From: an uncultured Alphaproteobacteria bacterium
GTDB taxonomy: Bacteria; Pseudomonadota; Alphaproteobacteria; RF32; CAG-239
Assembly: GCA_934273635.1 (NCBI GenBank)
Contig: CAKQSV010000003.1
Span: 44,975-108,974, forward strand
Reading direction: 5' to 3'
DNA: 64,000 nt
Shown: positions 1 to 10,305 of the stretch, piece after piece
Position numbering within the stretch: position 1 is the first letter of the stretch
How the letters are laid out: the number at the start of each line of letters is the position of its first letter
Notes under the pieces: model-generated
Databases searched by the model: none
What the model was told of the DNA's origin: nothing
Seen by the model: only the letters and a program-made list of their open reading frames with translations
Translations under genes and position numbers: made by a program

Positions 1-609
1 CGAGGTAATATCACCATTGCCAATCACCGGAATTTTAACATTTTCCTTCACCTGACGGATAACATCCCAATCAGCAGAGCCGGAATAAAACTCACTGCGG
101 GTGCGACCATGCACCGTCAGATAAGCCGCGCCGCAATCCTCGCACATTTTAGCAAACTCAACCGCGTTAACATGGTTGCAGTCCCAACCTTTGCGGAATT
201 TTACACTCACTCTTAACTTGGTGTTTTTGATTGTAGTCTCAATTATTTGCGAGGCTAACTTAATGTCTTTCATTAAGTATGAACCGGAATTGTTGTTCAC
301 GATTTTTTTGACGGGGCAGCCCATATTGATGTCAACGGAACAAGCGCCAAGTTGCTCGATCATCTTGACCGCATCGGCAAACAACGCGGGGGCTCCGCCC
401 ACCAACTGCACCACCACCGGATAAGGCTCGTCCCGCACGTCCGCAATGCGGTAGGTCTTGGGGTTGCGCCACTGCAAAGCGTTGACTGCCACCATCTCAG
501 AGACAATCACGCCCTTGCCGAACGATGACACCAATCGGCGCAACGGGCGGTCGGTGATGCCGGCCATGGGGGCTAAAAAAACGCGACTGTCAAATCCTAA
601 ATTGTTCAT
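1..609 (-). CDS. dusB: tRNA-dihydrouridine synthase (Dus family), 3' end outside the window
   Basis: Reverse-strand translation starts MNNLGFDSRVFLAPMAGITDRPLRRL...VQLVGG...DINMGCP, the canonical Dus/NifR3 N-terminus. The ATG at 609-607 overlaps the stop of the upstream ORF (ATGA). It is absent from the ORF track because it runs off the window. Confidence 0.8.
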   Translation of the reverse strand, partial: MNNLGFDSRVFLAPMAGITDRPLRRLVSSFGKGVIVSEMVAVNALQWRNPKTYRIADVRDEPYPVVVQLVGGAPALFADAVKMIEQLGACSVDINMGCPVKKIVNNNSGSYLMKDIKLASQIIETTIKNTKLRVSVKFRKGWDCNHVNAVEFAKMCEDCGAAYLTVHGRTRSEFYSGSADWDVIRQVKENVKIPVIGNGDITS

Positions 610-941
610 GCTTTCACATCAAAGTTACGGTTGTTCTTATGCATAAAGTCAATCACAACCTTATGTTTTTGTTCTAATGTCGACAAGTGATTATACGCAT
701 CCGCCGCATATTCCGCCGGTGTTAGATTTTGCTCGGTAAGAGCGAATTGTTGAATATTAAACTTATTATCTCCGTTCAGTGTATTGATATTGCTGCGCAA
801 ATCGTTATTCAGCGATAATATGAAATCATCGTTTGCAACCGCCGATGAGGTGGTTGCATCGGTCTTTCGCTCTTTTAAGCGGCTGACGTATTGCCTGATT
901 TGCGCGGTGACGCTGTTATTTAAGTTTATATTCTCAGACAT
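606..941 (-). CDS. hypothetical 111-aa protein, translationally coupled between the giant coiled-coil gene and dusB
   Basis: ORF with no antisense competitor of similar quality. It lies 15 nt downstream of the 1334-aa gene and overlaps the dusB start by 4 nt. Confidence 0.5.
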   Translation of the reverse strand: MSENINLNNSVTAQIRQYVSRLKERKTDATTSSAVANDDFILSLNNDLRSNINTLNGDNKFNIQQFALTEQNLTPAEYAADAYNHLSTLEQKHKVVIDFMHKNNRNFDVKA

Positions 942-955
942 CTGCTACCTGTTTA

Positions 956-3900
956 TCAGTTGAGTTTGTCCAGTGCTTTGGCAATCACATAATAAACCTT
1001 GCCGACATCTGACCCCGAGATAACCGAGAGCAAAACCCCTGCCCGCTCATTGCCTTTGGCCTTGCTGATGAGCATTTCAAAATCAGCCACATAACGGTTG
1101 ACAAGACTGCGGAAGTCAGCGTTTTCCTCATATTCCTTGCGGATAGCGCCAATCTGGTTTTTGGTCATCACTTTGGCTAAATATCTGACAAATGCCGCCG
1201 TGTCGCCGCTGTAATACTTTTTCCAAATCTCTTCTTCTGTGGTTGGATTGAAAATGCGGTTAATATCAATCGCCACGGTTTCCATCCGTTCAAACAACGT
1301 CGCCGCGTCTTTCAAAAAGCTGTCAACCTGAACCTCTTGATATTTAGTCTCGAGTTTGCGCAGATTCTCTGCCGCTTTCAACGAGGTGGAGTCAATAATC
1401 TCGGACTGACGTTCAAAGACTTTGGTGAACTCATCAGATTGTTCCAACCACATTTTACCCTTAACGCTGAGGTCTTCCGAGCCGTTTTTGAGAGCGTCCA
1501 TAGCCGCGTTTACTTTAAGCAACGTGTCTTCCGTAATACCGCTCAGCACGCCGGACTGTTTCAAAAACACCTCGCCTGACGAGCGGATGTCGTTGGAAAT
1601 TCGCTCGGCATTGGCGGCGATTTCATTAATGCTGGCACGCATTTTATCGCCGGCGTTGCTCATGTGTTTGGCGGTCAGTTGAGTGGAATCCTCCAACTGC
1701 AGGCTCAATTCTTTGAGTTGCGCGCCAATACCATTGATTTGTTCAAAGGCTTTGCCGGCGCGTTTACTCAACTGATTTGACGCCTCGTTCAAAACCACGT
1801 TAAAGCTGTCAACCAAGTGTTTGGTGTCTTCAGAAATTTTTATCATCTTGTCGTTTTGTTGCGAAATCAGGTTATTAACCTCAACCACGCCACTGCTCGC
1901 CTCTGCCGTAACAGTGTTGAAACCGGCGACATAGTCTTGGTATTTGGTGATAACGCCGTCAACACGTTTGTTGGTGTTGTTGACGGTCTCGGTCAACGTG
2001 TCGCTCAGGTTGTTTAACGACATCCCCGCAGACTCAATACTGCTGACAGATTGTTTTGAAACCTTACTAACATCTTCACCCGCTTTGATAATTCTATCAC
2101 TCAACGCATTGATTTCAAAAGCTAATTTACTACTTGTATCAAACACGCTTGCGGTGTTGTTTTGGAACAGGGCTTCAATCTCTTTCATCTTGGTACTGAC
2201 ATCGTTTGCCGCATCGGACAAATATTTGTATTGCTGTGCCAAAGACGCCTCACCCAAACGGGTTTGGGTCGATACCAGATTCACAACATCGGCAATGCTG
2301 TCTTTTTGCTTGTTAAAACTACCGCTGATTTGCTCGGACTGGCTCTTGATTTTGGTCAGACTGCCATCCAAACTCTTGACCTGACTTTCTAAAATTTGTG
2401 CAATATTGCGGCTATCAGTCAATAGTGAGCGTCCGCTCTCTTTCAGGCGGTTGCAGCTGGTATTAATCTCAGATCCGGCGACGGAACTCTCCTCTTTAAT
2501 CGCCTGAAGATAGTTGTTAAAACCGCCCAAAGTTTTGTTCAAATCTTCGCTGACGGCCTTGATTTTGCCGCTGATAACGCTAATAGAATCTTCAACCTCT
2601 TGGTTTTGTTGGTTGAGAATATTATTAACATTGAGCAACTTATCAATCGTTTGGTTGGAGGTGTTGTTCAACAGCAAGGCTTTTTTAGAGAACTCTTCTT
2701 CAAAACCGGCCATACGATTAAAGACGCGGTCGCTGCTTTGCTCCAACATCATAATCTGATTTTTGAGAGTATCGTTAATGGAGACGGTATTCTCGGAAAG
2801 TTTGTCGCAAATATTGAAAAATTCGGACTGCTGATTTTTGAACAACAGATTGATAGTGGCGGCTTTTTCATCTAAGGCCTGAACCATATCTGCCACATAA
2901 TGCGCGGTGTTTTCCGCCGTGCTGTTCAAAATTGACGACTGCTGATTGAACAGTTCAAGCAGTTTGTTGTGCTTGTTGGTGGTGTTGTCGGTCGCGCCGT
3001 TGACAGCTTTGATTTGCGCCTCTAAAATTGAGGCCACGTTCTCGGCACGGGAGACAATATTTTGCACCAAATTTTCAAGGTTCGACTGGTTGTCACGCAG
3101 GTTTGATGAAAAATCGCCGACTTTTGCCAAAGCCTGATCCGACAACAAAGCAAACTGCTGCGTTTGGGTTTGCAACTCTTGAGTGGCGCCGTTGGCTCGA
3201 CCAATCACCTCTGACGACTGTTTCAAACTGTTTTCAAGTTCGTTGTTCATACGTTTAACGGCGTTGACGGTTTCGTCATCAATTGAGTTTGCCATACGCA
3301 ACAGGTCGTCCATTTGTTGTTTAAGGGTGTCTTTGCTGTTTTCAATTTTGACCAAAGCCGCAGACAACAGTTTGTTTTGCTGTTCCATAACCGAGCTGTT
3401 TAACTGCCCTTGGGTTGACAAGGTGTCGGAAATTTTCTGCAGGCTGTCAGACTGGCGGGTAATAAGGGTTTCGACCTCTTTCACACTGTCAATCAGCACA
3501 TTGGCCGAGGATTTGGCATTACCGACGTTGGTTTGCATTTTTTCGCACACGCGATCAATAACCCCCTCAACATTAAGCGCCGTTGCCGACATGGAGTTGC
3601 TTCTGTCCTCAAGCTCAAGGCACAAAGCCTTGGTGGTTTCAACCGAACTGAGCTGTTCCTGATGAAGCGACTTTATCTTATCATCAAAGGTTTCCGAAGC
3701 ACTCACAACATTGGTGACCGCGGCTTGAGAAATGTCTTGCAAACGTTGCAATTTATCGGCCATGTGCGCGTCAACATCGTTCATACTCTGGTTAATTGTG
3801 TCGGCCAAACCGGTTAAATCCTGCACTTTCATATCAATACAGTCCGAAATGGTTTTGGTACGCGAAATAATGGCGTCAACCTCTTTGTTCAGATTGCTGC

Positions 3901-4960
3901 GGAACTCTTCAAATTTACCGGACGCCAAAACCGAAGTTTTATCCAGATTTTTAAGATAATCTAAAATCTGCCCCGACTGATTGGCGAACGTTTTTTCAAC
4001 ATTAGCCGATTTTTCTTGCAGTTGCTTGTAAATATCCTGATAATTGGCAATAATTCCGGCCGAAAGTTTCTCCAGACGGGTGCTCTGAGCGTTGATAAAA
4101 CTGCTGATACTGTCAAAATCGTTATTGAGCTTGGATGAGCATTTGTTCAACAGCTCGCTGTTCATATTCACAATTTGGTTTTGTCCGCTATACATTTTGT
4201 TCAGTTCGCCCGAGGCCGACTGAATATTTTCCAACTGTTGCTTGATGGTGCCGGTCACCTGTTCCATTTCGGTTTTGACGGTGTTGGCCGTGGCGGAAAA
4301 ATCGGTAATGCGTTTTTCAATAACGTTGGCCGTGGTGTTGACTTTGTCATTGATATAATCCAAACCCTGCGACATCAGTTTCATACCGTCGTTCAACTCG
4401 TTCATGGTGGTGCCAGAATAGCCTTGCAACACCGAGACCAACTTTGAAAAGTCCGTCACATGCTGTCCTAACTCGGTTTTAATGCGGTCGGTTTCTTCAG
4501 TAGCCTGTTTGGTGGCCTGACGAAGTTCCAACACCTGCGCGCGGATGGCGTCCGTCATCGCCTTTGAGGTTTGCGCCGCGCCGTCTTCAGGATAAACCAA
4601 CTGATTCATATAAGCGTGCAATAATTTGGCCTCTTGCTTAAAACTGGCACCGCGGTCGATATAAGCAATCACCATCCAGATAATTGCCAATGGCAAAGTT
4701 ATGCCGGCCAGAAAACCGCCAAACTCATCGGGCATCATCAAAAACAGGTTAGACCAGCCGAAAAACTGGGTGATGTATATAATCACCACCAAAAACCAAA
4801 CCGAGCTGATACCGAGCATAAGTTTATAGAGCTTGCCGGCGTCCTTACGGATGCTGTCTTCGGCAGGCGTTTCAACTTGCGGTTCTTCGGTCATAAATTG
4901 CGGAATTTTAACGGCATTGACGTTCGGCTGATTTTGCTGTTCAGGCATAATATTCCCCAT
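956..4960 (-). CDS. giant (1334 aa) membrane-anchored coiled-coil protein; two N-terminal TM helices; conserved globular C-terminus
   Basis: Single 4-kb ORF. N-terminus has hydrophobic segments LMLGISSVWFLVVIIYITQFF and GGFLAGITLPLAIIWMVIAY. More than 1000 aa of low-complexity Q/N/S/L/E/K-rich heptad-like sequence follow. The C-terminal ~120 aa are non-repetitive. All overlapping plus-strand ORFs are short. Confidence 0.75.
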   Translation of the reverse strand: MGNIMPEQQNQPNVNAVKIPQFMTEEPQVETPAEDSIRKDAGKLYKLMLGISSVWFLVVIIYITQFFGWSNLFLMMPDEFGGFLAGITLPLAIIWMVIAYIDRGASFKQEAKLLHAYMNQLVYPEDGAAQTSKAMTDAIRAQVLELRQATKQATEETDRIKTELGQHVTDFSKLVSVLQGYSGTTMNELNDGMKLMSQGLDYINDKVNTTANVIEKRITDFSATANTVKTEMEQVTGTIKQQLENIQSASGELNKMYSGQNQIVNMNSELLNKCSSKLNNDFDSISSFINAQSTRLEKLSAGIIANYQDIYKQLQEKSANVEKTFANQSGQILDYLKNLDKTSVLASGKFEEFRSNLNKEVDAIISRTKTISDCIDMKVQDLTGLADTINQSMNDVDAHMADKLQRLQDISQAAVTNVVSASETFDDKIKSLHQEQLSSVETTKALCLELEDRSNSMSATALNVEGVIDRVCEKMQTNVGNAKSSANVLIDSVKEVETLITRQSDSLQKISDTLSTQGQLNSSVMEQQNKLLSAALVKIENSKDTLKQQMDDLLRMANSIDDETVNAVKRMNNELENSLKQSSEVIGRANGATQELQTQTQQFALLSDQALAKVGDFSSNLRDNQSNLENLVQNIVSRAENVASILEAQIKAVNGATDNTTNKHNKLLELFNQQSSILNSTAENTAHYVADMVQALDEKAATINLLFKNQQSEFFNICDKLSENTVSINDTLKNQIMMLEQSSDRVFNRMAGFEEEFSKKALLLNNTSNQTIDKLLNVNNILNQQNQEVEDSISVISGKIKAVSEDLNKTLGGFNNYLQAIKEESSVAGSEINTSCNRLKESGRSLLTDSRNIAQILESQVKSLDGSLTKIKSQSEQISGSFNKQKDSIADVVNLVSTQTRLGEASLAQQYKYLSDAANDVSTKMKEIEALFQNNTASVFDTSSKLAFEINALSDRIIKAGEDVSKVSKQSVSSIESAGMSLNNLSDTLTETVNNTNKRVDGVITKYQDYVAGFNTVTAEASSGVVEVNNLISQQNDKMIKISEDTKHLVDSFNVVLNEASNQLSKRAGKAFEQINGIGAQLKELSLQLEDSTQLTAKHMSNAGDKMRASINEIAANAERISNDIRSSGEVFLKQSGVLSGITEDTLLKVNAAMDALKNGSEDLSVKGKMWLEQSDEFTKVFERQSEIIDSTSLKAAENLRKLETKYQEVQVDSFLKDAATLFERMETVAIDINRIFNPTTEEEIWKKYYSGDTAAFVRYLAKVMTKNQIGAIRKEYEENADFRSLVNRYVADFEMLISKAKGNERAGVLLSVISGSDVGKVYYVIAKALDKLN

Positions 4961-5057
4961 AAAATAATTATTACACTATAAACGCCCTTACTCTACACTA
5001 ATTTTTTTTGATTTTAAAACATTAAAACACTTTGCGATTGACTTATCCACACCACCG

Positions 5058-5086
5058 ACAAAAAAGAGCCTTTTTCAAGGCTCTTT
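5058..5086 (-). terminator. rho-independent terminator downstream of rpoD
   Basis: AGAGCC/GGCTCT hairpin followed by a T-run on the minus strand. Confidence 0.5.
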
Positions 5087-5092
5087 GGATTT

Positions 5093-7156
5093 TTATTGAT
5101 CAAGGAACGAACGCAACTTGCGCGAACGGCTCGGATGTTTGAGCTTGCGCAAAGCCTTGGCCTCAATCTGACGAATACGCTCACGTGTTACGTTAAACTG
5201 CTGTCCGACTTCTTCCAACGTGTGGTCGGTGTTCATACCAATACCAAAACGCATTCTCAGCACACGCTCTTCCCTCGGCGTGAGTGAAGACAAAATGCGG
5301 GTGCAGGTTTCTTTGAGGTTGGAGTGAATTGCGGAATCCAAAGGCTGCAAAGCATTGTCATCGGCAATAAAATCGCCCAAAGAAGAATCTTCTTCATCAC
5401 CCACCGGCGCCTCTAATGAAACCGGCTCTTTGGCTATCTTCATAACCTTGCGGACTTTCTCAAGCGGCATAGACAAACGTTTTGCCAACTCCTCGGGCAC
5501 CGGCTCACGCCCCATTTCAGCCAACATCTGACGAGAGGTTCTCACCAGTTTATTGATAGTCTCAATCATGTGTACCGGAATACGGATAGTGCGCGCCTGA
5601 TCGGCAATGGAACGGGTAATTGCCTGACGTATCCACCATGTGGCATAGGTTGAAAACTTGTAGCCGCGGCGATATTCAAACTTGTCTACCGCTTTCATTA
5701 AGCCGATATTGCCTTCCTGAATCAAATCAAGAAACTGCAAGCCGCGGTTGGTGTATTTTTTGGCGATAGAGATAACCAAGCGCAAGTTGGCTTCAATCAT
5801 CTCTTTTTTAGCTCTATCGGCCTCGCGTTCACCTTTCTTAATGGTATCAACCATACGGCGATATTCATTAATCGGCAGACCGCACTCCTGCGCCATTTGC
5901 GCAATGGCGTCACGCAGTTCAACAACCTCGGCGCCATATTTTTCAACAAAGGCTTTCCAGTGTTTGTCGTTTTTGGACGCAACTTTTTTGAGCCAATCAG
6001 GGTCTAATTCGGCTTTTTGATAAGCCTCAAGAAAATCTTCACGTTTTACTTTGCAAGACAAGGCATAACGCAATAATTTTCCTTCCAACCCCATCAGGCG
6101 TTTATTAAGGTCGTTCAGCTGTTCGACCAGTTGTTCGATACGAACGGCATTGAGGTGAATTGAGCTCATCAACTCAACCAACTCTTTTTTAACCTGAAGA
6201 TATTTCTTTTCAGTCGCGGCAGGAATATTTTTGCCGGAGATAACAGCGTCAACACGCTGTTTTTGAACCTTGCTCAAGTCATCATAGTAACTTGAAATTT
6301 TGGTCAAAATCTCGAGTACCGGCTCGCGCAAAGCCTCTTCCATTGACGAAACCGAGGCTGAAGAGTGACCGCTTCCGCTTTCATCATCATCGTCATCATC
6401 AGAGCCGTCCTCGCCTTCTTCGGAGACATCGTCATCATCTTCGTCTTCTTCATCATCGACGGTATCTTCAAGTTCGATATCGTCTTCTAAATCGTCATCA
6501 ATATCATCTAAATTGTCTTTTTTGGCGATTTCATCAGCGACGTGATCCAAATCTTCTACGGTTTCTTCTTCATAAACCATGGCCTCGGCGTCATCACCGT
6601 ACATCATTTCCAAATCAATAATGTCACGCAGCTGCATTTTGCCTTCAAGCAAATCATCACGCCAACCGGCAATAGCTTTAATGGTCATCGGGCTGGCACA
6701 CAAGCCGTCAATCATAACGGTTTTACCTGCCTCAATACGTTTGGCAATGGCAATTTCACCCTCGCGGGACAACAGCTCAACCGTGCCCATTTCTTTCAGA
6801 TACATACGGACAGGGTCATCGGAGCGACCGAGCTCTTTTTCATCAAAATTGCCGGAGGCATCGTCATCGTCATCATCGTCTTCTTCAATATCGTTGTCCA
6901 AATCACGATCGGGCGCGTCGGCATCGGTCTCGGATGTAATGCTGATACCCAAATCCGAAATCTCGGCCATAATATCTTCAATCTGCTCGGAAGTCTCACG
7001 CTCGGACGGAAGAGCCTTGTTGAGTTCTTCAACAGTGATAAAGCCCCTAACCTTGCCTTTTTCTATGAGTTTTTTAACGGCATTACCCAATGAGTCTATC
7101 AGTGGCGCATCCACACTGCCGCCTTCATAAAAGTCCTGATTATCCATATCTGACAT
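5093..7156 (-). CDS. rpoD: RNA polymerase sigma-70 factor RpoD with long acidic insert
   Basis: 687 aa. Conserved regions 2-4 are present ([24 protein letters not shown], ...[14 protein letters not shown]...). Poly-D/E non-conserved region near the N-terminus. Confidence 0.95.
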   Translation of the reverse strand: MSDMDNQDFYEGGSVDAPLIDSLGNAVKKLIEKGKVRGFITVEELNKALPSERETSEQIEDIMAEISDLGISITSETDADAPDRDLDNDIEEDDDDDDDASGNFDEKELGRSDDPVRMYLKEMGTVELLSREGEIAIAKRIEAGKTVMIDGLCASPMTIKAIAGWRDDLLEGKMQLRDIIDLEMMYGDDAEAMVYEEETVEDLDHVADEIAKKDNLDDIDDDLEDDIELEDTVDDEEDEDDDDVSEEGEDGSDDDDDDESGSGHSSASVSSMEEALREPVLEILTKISSYYDDLSKVQKQRVDAVISGKNIPAATEKKYLQVKKELVELMSSIHLNAVRIEQLVEQLNDLNKRLMGLEGKLLRYALSCKVKREDFLEAYQKAELDPDWLKKVASKNDKHWKAFVEKYGAEVVELRDAIAQMAQECGLPINEYRRMVDTIKKGEREADRAKKEMIEANLRLVISIAKKYTNRGLQFLDLIQEGNIGLMKAVDKFEYRRGYKFSTYATWWIRQAITRSIADQARTIRIPVHMIETINKLVRTSRQMLAEMGREPVPEELAKRLSMPLEKVRKVMKIAKEPVSLEAPVGDEEDSSLGDFIADDNALQPLDSAIHSNLKETCTRILSSLTPREERVLRMRFGIGMNTDHTLEEVGQQFNVTRERIRQIEAKALRKLKHPSRSRKLRSFLDQ

Positions 7157-7327
7157 AGAATTTTCCTAAAAATCGATTTTTATACGAATGTTCCGTGGTG
7201 GAACCTAATAATTGCTAGCGACTTAGCTTTTAATATTTTACGGCGAATTTGTCAACCGTTGTGTCACTCATAACTAATATCCTTAATTTGTAAAATCAAC
7301 GTTAACGGCGGAAAATAAGGCGTTTTA

Positions 7328-9160
7328 TCAGATTTCGCTGTGCGTATTCAGCAAAGAATTTTTTTCTTTTTTAAGGGTTTCGTAGCGATTGTACACATCT
7401 TCGGGAAACGACTCGGAGGTTTGCATTATGCGCAGGCACTCTTTTATCTCGTTTTCAAGCTGATTAAGTTGAACCTCGGCGATTTTGGTATTGATTTCTA
7501 TCTTGAGTTTGCCGACAAACGGTTTTTGTTGGCGCAACATCTCAAGCTCCCACAAATTGGCAAGCTCTTTTTCAAAACCCGCCTCAGACAGCTCTTTTCC
7601 CAGTTGTTCAGGGGTGAGCTCTTCCTGCTCGTGCGAAAGATCAAAGATAAAATCAAGCATATTGCGCAGGCGCGGGTTGCTGATGTCAAACATTGAAATT
7701 TGCTCCTCGTATTCCGCAATCAGCTCCGGCATATAAAGCATCGCCGCCAAAATGAACTTGAGCACCAATTCATCGAGCGTGATTTTTGCCGCCACAGAAC
7801 TTGCAACCGGTTTGGATTTTGCCGTGACGGAACGCGCGCCGCCATAAAACTGCTGTTGGCGTTCCTGACGCTTTTTCAGTCGCGCGCCCTGCCCCAACTC
7901 ATTATATATATAATCGCGCATTTCCTGTTGATAATAACCACGGACGGTTTCATCGGTAATTTTGGCGACTTCTTCGCGGATGTTTTTTTCTATCAAAGCC
8001 TTTTGCTCGGGGGTAGCGGTGTTTTGTCCCTCAATATTCTTCTTCCACAACAAGCTGACTAACGGCGTAGTGTTGCTTAAATATTCCAGAAAAGCGTCGT
8101 GCCCGTGCGCCTGCAAAAATTCGTCAGGGTCTTGTTTGTCAGGCAAAAAAACATATTTGAGCGAATAACCAGCTTTGAGTATCGGCAAGGCTCGGTCAAC
8201 CGAACGGATTGCCGCCTTAATGCCGGCGCCGTCGCCGTCAAAACACAAGGTCGGCTCGGGACAAACGCGCCACGCCTCTTGGATTTGTTCTTCGGTCAAA
8301 GCTGTTCCCAACGGCGCTACGGCATAGCCAAAACCGTAACGGTCAAGCGCGATAACATCCATATACCCCTCGCACACAATAATATTGCGCGCGGCAAAAC
8401 CTTTGTCTCGGGCATTATTCAGATTATAAAGCACGCGGCGTTTATTAAACACCGGTGTTTCGGGCGAGTTGAGGTATTTGGGCTGTCCGTCGCCCATAAT
8501 GCGACCGCCGAAGGCAATTACTCTTCCCTGCTTGTCCATAATCGGGATCATCACCCTGTCGCGGAAAAAATCGTGCGGACGGCGGCTTTTGTCCTCAGGA
8601 ATAGTAAGCAGGCCAAGCTCGTTCATATCTTTTTCGCTGACGTTTTGCGCCGCCAAATGCGCCTTCAACCCATTGTTGTTCGGCGCATAACCCAGTCGAA
8701 ACTTGCGGATGGTATCATCATCAAGCCCGCGATGTCTAAAATATTCAAGTCCGCGCGCGCCGTCCGGCAATCGTAACTGTTTTTCAAAAAAGCGGCAGGC
8801 GACCTCCATAATATCATAAAGGCTTTTCTTTTTTTCGTGCTCTTCGTGCTGTTCGTGATTGAGCACCGGCATCGGCACGCCGGCTTTATCGGCCAGTTTT
8901 TTAACAGCGTCGATAAATGGCAGGTTGTTGGCCTCCATCTCAAACTTAATGATGTCACCGTGCGCGCCGCAACCAAAGCAATGGTAAAAGCCTTTGGCCT
9001 CGTTGACGGTAAACGACGGGGTTTTCTCGTTATGAAACGGGCAACAAGCCTGATACTCTCTTCCTTTACGGATAAGTTTGACCTTGCTGCCGACAACATC
9101 TACGATTGAGACCTTGGCGCGCAACTCATCACAAAATTTTTGCAAATCGACGTTGGACAA
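7328..9160 (-). CDS. dnaG: DNA primase DnaG
   Basis: Zinc-ribbon CPFHNEKTPSF...CFGCGAHGD and TOPRIM motifs (EGYMDVIAL, FDGDGAG). Classic dnaG-rpoD arrangement. Confidence 0.93.
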   Translation of the reverse strand: MSNVDLQKFCDELRAKVSIVDVVGSKVKLIRKGREYQACCPFHNEKTPSFTVNEAKGFYHCFGCGAHGDIIKFEMEANNLPFIDAVKKLADKAGVPMPVLNHEQHEEHEKKKSLYDIMEVACRFFEKQLRLPDGARGLEYFRHRGLDDDTIRKFRLGYAPNNNGLKAHLAAQNVSEKDMNELGLLTIPEDKSRRPHDFFRDRVMIPIMDKQGRVIAFGGRIMGDGQPKYLNSPETPVFNKRRVLYNLNNARDKGFAARNIIVCEGYMDVIALDRYGFGYAVAPLGTALTEEQIQEAWRVCPEPTLCFDGDGAGIKAAIRSVDRALPILKAGYSLKYVFLPDKQDPDEFLQAHGHDAFLEYLSNTTPLVSLLWKKNIEGQNTATPEQKALIEKNIREEVAKITDETVRGYYQQEMRDYIYNELGQGARLKKRQERQQQFYGGARSVTAKSKPVASSVAAKITLDELVLKFILAAMLYMPELIAEYEEQISMFDISNPRLRNMLDFIFDLSHEQEELTPEQLGKELSEAGFEKELANLWELEMLRQQKPFVGKLKIEINTKIAEVQLNQLENEIKECLRIMQTSESFPEDVYNRYETLKKEKNSLLNTHSEI

Positions 9161-9178
9161 ATCAGCCTGCCCGCAAAA

Positions 9179-9643
9179 CTATGACAACAAGCTTTTGATT
9201 TGTGCCGAGGCTTTACCAAAGTCAAGCTGACCGGCGTACTGCGTTTTGAGCGCCCCCATAACTTTGCCCATATCTTTCATAGAGGCAGCTCCGGTCGCCG
9301 CAATCACCGCCTTAATAGCCTCCAAGCTCTCAGCCTCGGACATCTGTTTGGGCAAAAACTTTTCAATCACTTTAATTTCAGACATTTCTTTGTCGGCCAA
9401 ATCCTGACGTTTGCCGTCCAGATACATCTTAATTGACTCATTGCGTTGCTTAATCATACCCTGCATCATTGAGAGCAAATCGGCGTCACTGGCGCGCTCT
9501 TGACCTTTGCCACGAGCGTCAACGTCTTTCTCTTTCATACCGGCAATAATCAGGCGAACCGCGCCGGTGGTGGCGGTATCGTGACTTAACATTGATTCTT
9601 TAAGCGCTTTTTGCAATTCATCTCTCAGCATATTATCCTCCAA
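9179..9643 (-). CDS. GatB/YqeY domain protein
   Basis: 154 aa. YqeY-like sequence immediately upstream of dnaG, as in many alphaproteobacteria. Confidence 0.8.
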   Translation of the reverse strand: MEDNMLRDELQKALKESMLSHDTATTGAVRLIIAGMKEKDVDARGKGQERASDADLLSMMQGMIKQRNESIKMYLDGKRQDLADKEMSEIKVIEKFLPKQMSEAESLEAIKAVIAATGAASMKDMGKVMGALKTQYAGQLDFGKASAQIKSLLS

Positions 9644-9765
9644 TTATTGTTTTGTGGCATAAGCATAATCACATCTCCGGCAAATTGCAAGAATTTCTAT
9701 TTTACTTTTTAGCAAATTTGCCTATATAATCAACCGCAGTTTGAAACCTTACGGAGTGAAAAAAA

Positions 9766-10305
9766 ATGAGAACAGGCGCCTTTTTGATTTTGAGTTTGGC
9801 GGCAACATCGGCTATGGCCGGCGAGCCGGAAGTGAAAAATCAGGAATATTACGACCGTCAGGTTGCCGAGGGTATGCAGGCGATGACCAATGAGCTGCAG
9901 AATATGACCGGCGAAATGGTGAAATATATGAACGCGTTTAACAAAGCCGTGGGCGAATCGATGCCGCAACTGTCACAAAATATGAGCGAGGCGCTTAAGA
10001 GTATGCGTCCGGTGGCGGAAAATATGCAAAAAACTGCTGAAGATTTTGCCAAAAATATTAACGCACAGCTGCAAACCGCCGCCCCCGCCACACCCAAAAG
10101 TGAAAATACTTATAAGCCGGCGGCCATCAAACCGGTTTTGGCGATTGATGACGATAATCATATCCGAAGCGATAATAATGCAGTGCAAAACAATCACAGT
10201 GAGCTGAACGCCGCTATTGACGAAGAACTGCAAATTTTGCAACAAAACCACATAGCTCAAACGCCGCAAGCCAAAATCAAACTTTTCCCCTCCAGCATTG
10301 AGTAA
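9766..10305 (+). CDS. secreted Met-rich hypothetical protein
   Basis: Signal peptide MRTGAFLILSLAATSAMA. RBS GGAGTG upstream. Methionine-rich amphipathic repeats (MQAMTNELQNMTGEMVKYMNAF...). Confidence 0.6.
   Translation: MRTGAFLILSLAATSAMAGEPEVKNQEYYDRQVAEGMQAMTNELQNMTGEMVKYMNAFNKAVGESMPQLSQNMSEALKSMRPVAENMQKTAEDFAKNINAQLQTAAPATPKSENTYKPAAIKPVLAIDDDNHIRSDNNAVQNNHSELNAAIDEELQILQQNHIAQTPQAKIKLFPSSIE

Noticed and set aside
6292-6621. Plus-strand His/Arg-rich 109-aa ORF
   Set aside because: It is the antisense reading of the rpoD poly-Asp/Glu codons (GAT/GAA repeats give ATC/TTC-derived H/R codons). It lies entirely inside a bona fide gene.
8099-8776. 225-aa plus-strand ORF
   Set aside because: Antisense to dnaG. 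No RBS. Low-complexity Arg-rich translation.
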